NCBI GenBank assembly: GCA_963721455.1
Contig: CAVRJG010000030.1
Span: forward strand, 1 to 37,906
Direction of reading: 5' to 3'
Source of the DNA: an uncultured Methanosarcinaceae archaeon
Lineage (GTDB): Archaea; Halobacteriota; Methanosarcinia; Methanosarcinales; Methanosarcinaceae
Length of the DNA stretch: 37,906 bases
Shown here: positions 10,532-18,475 of the stretch, in pieces
How positions within the stretch are numbered: the stretch's first letter is position 1
How the letters are laid out: every line of letters starts with the position of its first letter
Position numbers and translations under genes: made by a program
Notes under the pieces: generated by a model
Seen by the model: only the letters and a program-made list of their open reading frames with translations
Database searches by the model: none
What the model was told of the DNA's origin: nothing

Positions 10532-10642
10532 ACTTCTAATTTGCAGAAGTTGTACCATTGAAAGTGCAATAGACTATCTGACTTCTGTAATCTGTTACCC
10601 TGCCCCCTTACTTTTCACTCTTTACGTTCCTTTTTTATTAAT

Positions 10643-10773
10643 GAGCCTGTCCCGAAACTCAAAACTGCTTCTTTGAATCTCTAATTCAGAATAATTAATC
10701 GATCTTCTAATCATGGAAAATCGTTCTGAAATTCTTATCTATTTGAGGAGAAAACTGGTTTTGGGATGAGCTC
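10643..10773. mobile_element. MITE (131 bp) with IS5-type ends
   Basis: GAGCCTGTCCCGAAAC...GTTTTGGGATGAGCTC; near-identical copy at 12161; TTAA-rich flanks on both sides. Confidence 0.88.
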
Positions 10774-10784
10774 ATTAATTATAT

Positions 10785-10902
10785 TAGGACTTACGCGGTT
10801 GAACTGAGAAGTCAATAGCATTAAACCTTAAAATGTATAAAACACTAAACCAGTCACAACGCCGAAAGTGCTTGATTTTGTACTTCAAGTGCGTAAGTCC
10901 TA
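10785..10902. mobile_element. MITE (118 bp) with IS701-type ends
   Basis: TAGGACTTACGCGGTTGAA / TTCAAGTGCGTAAGTCCTA; the right end is identical to 2387-2405 of the IS701 copy. Confidence 0.88.
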
Positions 10903-11238
10903 TATATAATTCGAGAACAAGATCAATTAAAAAAGGATTGTAACTGTCTATTGGGAATAAAAAGAGGTTATAGTAGATAATTTGTGAGCAAGACTCATTA
11001 AAACCAGGCTTTATAAACACCATTTTCTAATTTCTGTTTCAGCAATTCTGTAAAAATCAGGTATTAGAGGCACAATTTATCATTATTTTTGTCTGTTGTG
11101 GTTTTAAATGTTATAATGATTATAAAAATAGGAAGTATTATATATTTGAAATAAAACAACATTACACGCAAAACCCTATGCATGAAATAAAAAAATAAAT
11201 CATGCAACTATTTAATATATTGAAACCCGTGATCCAAT

Positions 11239-11535
11239 ATGCCCAGGAAATATACTAACAAAACAACCCACTTCATCCTCCATGATGATGGTACATTCGA
11301 CGTTTACATGAATAAAAAATTCAAAGAATGTGGACTCTATGAGGAAACCCCAGACACTGTGGAGTTAAATTATTTTAAACATTCTTCAACATTTCAAAAA
11401 GAGGAAGGATGTTTAATTTCTGAGAACTGTAGAATTTGGATAGAGGACGGAATAATTAATGTTCCAGGTGGTACCCTTAATAATGGGGTGTTCATAGCCA
11501 ATTGTGATAATGGGGGTACTATGCTGAAAGATTGA
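11239..11535 (+). CDS. Hypothetical protein (98 aa)
   Basis: ATG-started ORF in AT-rich DNA with TATA-like sequence upstream. No family recognised. Confidence 0.6.
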   Translation: MPRKYTNKTTHFILHDDGTFDVYMNKKFKECGLYEETPDTVELNYFKHSSTFQKEEGCLISENCRIWIEDGIINVPGGTLNNGVFIANCDNGGTMLKD

Positions 11536-11718
11536 AATTCATGTCAACCTAAAGAAAATGAGATTCTAGAAAACATCAAAGTAGAAGAACCAAGAAAAGT
11601 ACCAGAGAAGTTTGCACTTCCTTACTGATATTGGGGTTCCGGAAGTGTTTTAGGCTACAAAAGAAGGAATTGATATTATAAGGACGTTTATTGGAGGAGA
11701 GAAGAAAGATAACTGAAA

Positions 11719-11808
11719 GTTAAAATCAGACCGTAGAGGTTTGAACTATAGAAAATCATGATTCCTCCAAATAATATGGTGATTATATTAGACCATATAG
11801 GAAAGCAC
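11719..11808 (+). CRISPR. Degenerate one-spacer CRISPR mini-array (type I-B-like repeat)
   Basis: R1 GTTAAAATCAGACCGTAGAGGTTTGAAC (11719-11746), a 34-nt spacer, then R2 GATTATATTAGACCATATAGGAAAGCAC (11781-11808; 18/28 identical, no gaps), directly upstream of a cas8b-like start. Confidence 0.65.
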
Positions 11809-11927
11809 TGCATAGGTAAATTTCAATTCTTTCTATTGATGAAAAAAGTTACTTTTGAATATTTTTCTCTTTTTTGAAATATTTTTTCTTTTGTAAAGGT
11901 GAAGATTTCTGAAAACGTGAGTGTAAA

Positions 11928-12020
11928 ATGAGCCCGAGCTTTCTTTATACATTTACTGGGAATCCTTTTGTGGATACTGGAATGTGGGTTATGTGCGAAT
12001 GGTCAGGTAGAAAAAAATAT
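11928..12020 (+). pseudogene. cas8b: Cas8b1/Cst1-like N-terminal fragment
   Basis: MSPSFLYTFTGNPFVDTGMWVMCEWSGRKK resembles the TG[NH]PFVDxG N-terminal motif of type I-B Cas8 proteins. The rest of the gene is absent. Confidence 0.6.
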
Positions 12021-12160
12021 TTCCCAGGTTTCAAAGCAAAATTGTTCCTTTCATATATGAAAAATAAGTTCAGGAAGAGTTCTACAACTTATATCAATCA
12101 ATTGAAATTGTTCCAGCTTAGTTTATACACATAACAGCAATCGAATGAGTTTTTTCTAAT

Positions 12161-12291
12161 GAGCCTGTCCCGAAACTCAAAACTGCTTCTTTGAATCTCC
12201 AATTCGGAATAATTAATCGATCTTCTAATCATGGAAAATCGTTCTGAAATTCTTATCTATTTGAGGAGAAAACTGGTTTTGGGATGAGCTC
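12161..12291. mobile_element. MITE (131 bp) with IS5-type ends
   Basis: Differs from 10643-10773 at only about 2 positions. Confidence 0.88.
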
Positions 12292-12305
12292 GATATAAAA
12301 ACACG

Positions 12306-12456
12306 GGTTGTGGTGCAAAAATAATATTTCCGCAGTTTGAGACTATAATTCTTATCTTTATGTACCATTTTTCCCGGTGATGAGATTGATTAACTTTCCT
12401 AATTGTGAAGGTTTACACTGATTTTGTAACAAAGCCAGATTTTTTGCACTACAACC
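12306..12456. mobile_element. MITE (151 bp) with GG-terminal IRs (IS6/IS1-like)
   Basis: GGTTGTGGTGCAAAAA / TTTTTGCACTACAACC, 15/16 complementary; no ORF. Confidence 0.75.
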
Positions 12457-12459
12457 GAG

Positions 12460-12680
12460 ATCTCCAGCATAAAGATAAACGGCACTTCTATCAATCCGAG
12501 CAACCTTTACCGCGTAACAGTTAACAATCGCATGGCTGATGGAAGCTATAATCTCTTTGTTTTTAAGGAAGGGGTCAATAGGACAGAAGGTCCTCTGTGT
12601 AGAGATGCCCTCGTCAATTACTTCACAGCTTTCTCTCCGGTGACTCCAGGACCTATGACCGCATTGCTTTGGTGAAATAA
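12460..12680 (+). pseudogene. 5'-nucleotidase C-terminal domain fragment
   Basis: Hand translation ISSIKINGTSINPSNLYRVTVNNRMADGSYNLFVFKEGVNRTEGPLCRDALVNYFTAFSPVTPG, then a frameshift to DRIALVK*. Confidence 0.7.
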
Positions 12681-12880
12681 GAGAACAGGGAGCTATCTAC
12701 ATTTTCGGTAGGGAGAACTACCGGGATATTTTTTTACTCGGTAACTTCCTCCCGACCCTGAATTTTGAACACAGTTGCGTACAAAAAATTTGAGTTACCT
12801 ATAACCCGCCTGTTTAGAGGCTGTCCGACAATTACCTTAGGTAATTGAAGTTTCTGCTTTGAATATATCAATTATTATAT

Positions 12881-13337
12881 CCTGAGTTTGACAGATAAAT
12901 AAAAATAAGTGCTCTTTATTTTGTTTTATTCGGTCCAATGAATATAAAAACAAAAATAAGAGCATTCCCAACTATTCCTAACAAGAATAAATGTGTTTCT
13001 ATCGGATCGATGCTTGCTGTTCAATACTTTTATGAAAAACTTAATTTTTCTGATGTTTTTAGCAAGCATAAAAGTAAGGGTTTAGATCTCAATAGTTTAT
13101 TAATTGGCTTGGTGAGCTATAAGCTCACCGAGAATTTTAGCATCAAGGAAGCTAGTAAATGGTTAAATCAGAAAGAAATTCTCGAGATTTTGAACCTCAA
13201 GAGTTTTCATGAAAAAGTTCTTTACAGGACTCTTGAGATCCTCGGACGTAATAAGGAGATAATTCTCTCGGAGATCTTAGATAATCTGTTTTCTGTTTAT
13301 GGTTTTGGAGAGACTGATATAAACCTTGACTGGACTA
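12881..13337 (+). mobile_element. Truncated IS1634-family element of a second subtype, interrupted by IS630
   Basis: Left end CCTGAGTTTGACAG. The ORF from 12938 reads ...LYRTLEILG..DINLDWTS and breaks at a TA where IS630 begins. Confidence 0.7.
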
Positions 13338-14367
13338 GTGTCGAGTCAACAATAAAATGTCGTAAATTTTATATTGTATATTGTTCATAATGAATCCTGG
13401 AGGATTACTTATGAATAGATACACTGTGACACTTACCAAAGATGAACGTGAAGCTCTTTGTGAACTTACCTCAAAGGGCAAACATAGCTCACAAAAAATC
13501 CTCAATGCTCTGATCTTACTTAATTGTGATAAAAGTGAATGGAATGTTAACCATTCAACCAATGAAGAAATCTCACGTATCCTGAATATTAGTATGAGAA
13601 AAATTGACCGTGTTAAGAAACGATTTGTTGAAGAAGGTCTTGAAGTTGCTCTCAACGGGGAAAAAAGAGATCGTATTTATGCTAAAAAAGTTGATGGTGA
13701 TTTTGAAGCCCATTTAGTTGCATTGAGTTGCAGTGAACCCCCTGAAGGTTTTGCAAGGTGGTCTTTGAGATTGTTGGCTGATCAGGCTGTAGAGCTTGGC
13801 TATATCGAGAATATATCTCATGAAACAGTTCGCCGTACTTTAAAAAAACGAAGTCAAACCCTGGCAAAGGAAAGGATGGGTAATTCCCCCAGAACAAAAC
13901 AGTAGCTTTGTTGCAAATATGGAAATGGTTCTGGATGTTTATAAGCGTCCATTTGATCCACGAAATCCTGTTATATGTATGGATGAATCCCCAAAACAAC
14001 TGATTGCAGAAACCAGGGTTCCTGTCCCCTGTTCACCTGGAAAACCAGCCAGGTATGATTACGAATACAAACGTTGTGGAATGTGCAATATATTCCTTGC
14101 CTGTGAACCATTGGCAGGAAAACGAATGGTGAAAATTACTGAAAGAAAAACCAAGCGAGATTGGGCTTGGTTTCTGGAAGAAATTGCACTTCAACAGGAA
14201 AATTCAGATAAAATTACGCTGGTAATGGACAATCTAAACACGCATATTCCAGGATCTCTCTATGAAATATTTCCACCAGAAAAGGCGAAGGCTCTATGGG
14301 ACAGGTTTGAGTTTGTGTACACACCAAAACATGGAAGCTGGTTGAATATGGCAGAGATTGAATTGAA
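13338..14367 (+). mobile_element. IS630-family element, right end lost
   Basis: Begins after a TA target. OrfA starts at 13411 (GGAGG RBS; PPEGFARWSLRLLA), has a slippery TTTAAAAAAAC at about 13839, and OrfB carries CMDE, VMDNLNTH and YTPKHGSWLNMAEIELN. Confidence 0.88.
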
Positions 14368-15235
14368 CCTACTTTCCGCAGGTGCGACAAGAAGCTATAC
14401 TATGAATTGCACCATTCGCTACCTCTTCCATTTGAGGTAATCCTACTGTGACATGCATAAATGGTAACATTTGTGTGTGAAGCTCACAGGACACTATCGA
14501 GAAATCAAGGAACCTGACTTTGGTAATCGGTTAGGATACGAATACTATGAAGAACATAAAGTGAACCATCGTAAGAATCGTGAAGTGGAATAAGCGAAAG
14601 CAGGCTGATACGCTTAACCAAAAGGTACAGAATCAGGCTGTAATGGGTCTGCGGACATTATGGCAAATGGACAAATGATTCTCGGTTTATAGATGGCTTC
14701 TAAGGTATTCACATTATTCGTAGTATGGAACTTGGTAAGCCCTAAATGCTCCCATTATGGGTAGGACTCCCGCGAGGGATAACGATGGCATTGAGGGTAG
14801 AGGATTCAGTAAAAAGCGAATGCCAATCTGTAATGGATTGGATAGAGGTTCAAACTTTGCCTCAATCCGAAAGGATGCAGACTTACTGATGGTGTTTTCT
14901 TGTGTGAATGGAAACAAACCTACAAATGTAAGATACTCAACGACACCAATAGGTGAGAGGCTTACAGACAATTATGTTAGTGGGCTGTTATCCGGAACAC
15001 AAAATCAGTTATGCAAATAACTGGTGCCTGATACAGAAAGGGTTTGAAAACACTCGAGCCGTATGAAGGGAAACTTTCAAGTACGGTTCCTAGGGGAGAA
15101 AGGAGGAGTAATCCTCCCTACTTACCCGACATGTCTTCAAAAAACTGATATTTTTCTTCCGTCATAAAAACCCACATACAAAACTGATAAACTAGTCAAC
15201 AAAAATGATACAAAAGTGAAATTTAGTGATATTTA
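14368..15235. mobile_element. IS1634-like terminal fragment hosting the group II intron
   Basis: CCTACTTTCCGCAG (14368-14381) is 13/14 identical to the IS1634 IR at 7276, and IS630 homology stops exactly there. The distal boundary is uncertain. Confidence 0.6.
14382..15130 (+). ncRNA. ORF-less group II intron (749 nt, probably IIB / CL1 class)
   Basis: 5' GTGCG; domain V GAGCCGTATGAAGGGAAACTTTCAAGTACGGTTC (15056-15089, AGC triad); domain VI with a bulged A ending CCCGAC; EBS1 CTGCGGA in a stem-loop at 14649-14655 is complementary to the 5' exon end TCCGCAG. Confidence 0.93.
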
Positions 15236-15259
15236 GAGCCTATCCCTTAGTGATACTTA

Positions 15260-15344
15260 GAGCCTATCCGAAAAGTGTTGTTATCTACTTTAATATTTAT
15301 TGTAACTTTTACAACATGCTATTATTGACTTTTCGGATAGGCTC
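15260..15344. mobile_element. MITE (85 bp) with IS5-type ends
   Basis: Perfect 17-bp IR GAGCCTATCCGAAAAGT / ACTTTTCGGATAGGCTC; TTA target duplication. Confidence 0.9.
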
Positions 15345-15410
15345 TTAATCAGGTAAATTATTGGTGTAAAAATATCAAAATTACAGGAACTGCAAGGATA
15401 ATGCTCTCTT

Positions 15411-15923
15411 TCATTTGGATTTGTCCTTCCCCTCTTGAGTAAGGGAAAGATTCAGAACTTTTTCAAATAACTTTTCATCATCATCACGGAATCCAACAAC
15501 TCTGGCCTGGGATCTGTCCGTGCAGACTTCCCCGTTCTCCCGCATGTAGATGTATGTTCCATTTCCAACACCCACAATCACAAAGGAGTCAGGAATGGTT
15601 TCTACTTCGAAATATTCTGCAATTTCGGGATTCTTGTTTGCATCTACGGACGCGATTGTGGCTTTTCCTCCGTATTCGGCTGCCAGTTTTTCAATGGTGG
15701 GCTTCATAGACCGGCACGTTGGACACCACCAGGTTCCTATTTTCACAAAGACTGGGCCATTCTGGAGGGATGCGTTTATCTGTTCCAGCTGGGTTACCTT
15801 TATAGCAGTGTTATTCTCCAAACTTCCATCAGAGTTTGTAGAATTTTCCTGAGCTTTATCGGTACAGCCAGCCGTAAAAAACACAGCTGCAAGCAGGATC
15901 AATAATATTACTAATTTTTTCAT
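15411..15923 (-). CDS. Thioredoxin-family lipoprotein
   Basis: Lipobox FTAGC after a signal peptide; WCPTC active site; cis-Pro TIP. Confidence 0.88.
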   Translation of the reverse strand: MKKLVILLILLAAVFFTAGCTDKAQENSTNSDGSLENNTAIKVTQLEQINASLQNGPVFVKIGTWWCPTCRSMKPTIEKLAAEYGGKATIASVDANKNPEIAEYFEVETIPDSFVIVGVGNGTYIYMRENGEVCTDRSQARVVGFRDDDEKLFEKVLNLSLTQEGKDKSK

Positions 15924-16803
15924 GTTGGTCTTCCATCCCCATACGATTAATGTTTCAAAATTCGTAAATGCGAATATATTTGTGATATTCAGAGCAATTA
16001 ATTTTTAAGATTATTTGGATTAAACATCCTCAGTTTTAGACTAATGAATCTAAATTTAGATCACTCTTGAGCATTATACATAGACCACCGGGAAATAGAT
16101 AAATTCCGTCGAATAAATTTTCCTTACAATTAATACTTTGGTGGTTAGTGGTCCATCAATAATGAGTTGATGTTTGTCCAGAAAATTCACATACTTGCAC
16201 TCTGCATCTCATTTTCCTTGCTGTGCAGGTTTTGGTTCTCGGTATGCAGGTAAGCTTAGAAAACGAATGCAGTTAAACAAAGTGCATTATAAGATGAAAC
16301 CTCAGCCAGCTAATGGAGCACGACCCTGAAATTGGTAAAAATAGAAAAAGCCTGCGTCTTACAGGTTTCATGAGATGTAAAACACAGGAGGTTGCAATTA
16401 AGGTATTAACATATAGCAATACGCAGACTCCGAATTGGTGCAGCGGTAAGCAGTGTTCAAACTGCTGTAGCAGCTATCCACATTTAAAAGAATAAAAAGT
16501 AAAAGGATACAAATAACCAATTCAATAGCCGTTGATTTGTCCATACTTCCCCCTATATACTTGTTTTCTATAGTTTTCCCCCTAACTCTCCCCTTAGAAT
16601 CTTCCTATCTTACTACACACTTCAACTATTAAAAAATATACATTTTATAATTACTTATATAGTTTTTGACAAATATAAAAACCGCAAAAAGACATCAAGA
16701 ATGCTAAAAAAGATTTTTATTGTCTTTTTTGAAGTTGGTGGCGGAATAGGTGTATTTGATTCTAATTTTCAAATAAAGCATATTCTGCTCTTTCCCGGGC
16801 TCT

Positions 16804-18054
16804 TCAAAAAAGAGTTCTCAGGAATGTTCCAAAGGCTTTCATAAGCCTCAGGGAGTTTCCTGAAAACATGAGTTTCTTCATAAGGATAGAAGGGTGGTCC
16901 ATGTCTCCATACTCAGTGATGGTGTTGAGAATAGATGGGGAATTTAGAGAGCCTATAAGGTCGTTCAACTGCCTGTCTTCCAGCTTCCCCATGTAGTCAT
17001 GAATTTTCATGCCTATTTCAAGCTCTTTTCCAAGCCCTTTCCGCCAGAGTTGATCGTATTCGGAAAGCCGTTTTGCAGAAGTATCCCCCTCAAGGGCAGC
17101 GTCTGCTGCAACTTTCCCAGCTATTTTTGCCGCAAAAGCCCCTGTATATACTCCGCCCCCTGACGTCGGTTTCGCCTGCCCGGCAGCGTCCCCTACCAGC
17201 ATAACGCTGTCAGAAACCGTTTTTTCCGGAGGGCCAATCGGGATTCCCCCGACTACAAAGTCAAGCATACCTCCTGAATACCTGGATTTTACGTGAGGGT
17301 TGGAGTGAAGGAATTTTTCGAGGTAAGAAAGGGGAGAACTTTCTTCCTGACCGTTTTTCCAGGCAAGCCCAGGTTCGAGGGCAAGCCCAATTCTTGAGAT
17401 TTTTTCGTCAACTGGCACGGCCCAGGCAAAAAAACCAGGAGCGGAAGAGCCAGGAAATAGTTCAACAAAGTCACTGTCGTCCGAGGCATAAGGAGCTTCG
17501 ATCTGGATGCCTGGAAGCACACGGGCAGGCTTTTCAAGGCCTGCATAGCTGGCTATCCGGCTTTTTACCCCATCTGCCCCTATCACGACGGATGCACATA
17601 TCGTTTCAAGCCGGCCGTTTTTGATTACCCTGAGTTTTGCAGGAGAACTTTTCTTTCCTCCCTTACCGGCTTCCGGATTCTCTTTTTCAAATCCTACAGC
17701 CCTTGTCCTGAGAGAGAGTTCAACGCCTTCCTCCACAGCCATTACTGCAAGGGCGCGGTCAAAGTTTTTCCGCGAGACCACATATGCTTTTGTCTGCCTC
17801 CCGTCTATTGGCAGATGCTGCCCGTCAGGAGCGTGTACAAAAGCCCCGCGCACCGAATTGAATACAAATTCATCCGAAGGCTTGAGTTCGCACTCTGCAA
17901 CAGCTCTCGTGCTCAAAAGCCCGGTACAGCCTACAGGTGACCCTATGGAAGGATGCTCTTCGAGCAGGAGGACCTTTGCCCCATTCAGGGCTGCATGGCG
18001 AGCAGCAGTGGAACCCACAGGGCCGGCTCCAACCACAACAACATCGTACTTCAT
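16804..18054 (-). CDS. Geranylgeranyl reductase family FAD-dependent oxidoreductase
   Basis: YDVVVVGAGPVG, VIGADG and LVGDAAGQAKPTSGGG. Confidence 0.9.
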   Translation of the reverse strand: MKYDVVVVGAGPVGSTAARHAALNGAKVLLLEEHPSIGSPVGCTGLLSTRAVAECELKPSDEFVFNSVRGAFVHAPDGQHLPIDGRQTKAYVVSRKNFDRALAVMAVEEGVELSLRTRAVGFEKENPEAGKGGKKSSPAKLRVIKNGRLETICASVVIGADGVKSRIASYAGLEKPARVLPGIQIEAPYASDDSDFVELFPGSSAPGFFAWAVPVDEKISRIGLALEPGLAWKNGQEESSPLSYLEKFLHSNPHVKSRYSGGMLDFVVGGIPIGPPEKTVSDSVMLVGDAAGQAKPTSGGGVYTGAFAAKIAGKVAADAALEGDTSAKRLSEYDQLWRKGLGKELEIGMKIHDYMGKLEDRQLNDLIGSLNSPSILNTITEYGDMDHPSILMKKLMFSGNSLRLMKAFGTFLRTLF

Positions 18055-18475
18055 ACCGTATCACCTTCGAGGATAGCGTTTGCCTTAGCAGGAAGCTTAA
18101 TATATTCATAATTCATAAATATAATTACAATTACATATTAAATATATTACTAAAGTGGGGTTTTAATCAAAGAAATTGCCTTTCAAGTGACCTCTAAATG
18201 ATGTTTCAAATCATCTTTAAACTGGTCTTTAAAGTGACCTTTTAAATGAAATTTAAATTGTCTCTAAATCGGTCATTGGGGTAATCTTTTGAGTGCTTGC
18301 CTGGTTTTTATATCGCGTAAAATATCAGGCGAGATTTTCAGGCCCCAACGTCTTCTTAACTTTCCGTACTTTCACAATCTTGATATATCGATAAACGTAT
18401 CCATGCTGAGACTGAAGGTAAAAACTGAACGATCAAATACTTAACCATTTCTTCGAATCACTGACCAGGGTTTCC

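Noticed and set aside
12817-12847. GAGGCTGTCCGACAATTACC-TTA-GGTAATTG palindrome, possibly a lone IS end
   Set aside because: No partner end or transposase could be tied to it.
445-13905. Split transposases of IS5, ISAzo13 and IS630 as pseudogenes
   Set aside because: Each break falls on an A-rich slippery site typical of programmed frameshifting in these families.
14714-15020. ORFs 14757-15020 (+) and 14714-14971 (-) as an intron-encoded protein
   Set aside because: No RT motifs (no YADD); they overlap ribozyme domains. At most a stub of the lost IEP remains.
16200-16500. 60-aa ORF or decayed gene between the thioredoxin and reductase genes
   Set aside because: No recognisable motif or RBS in any frame I translated.
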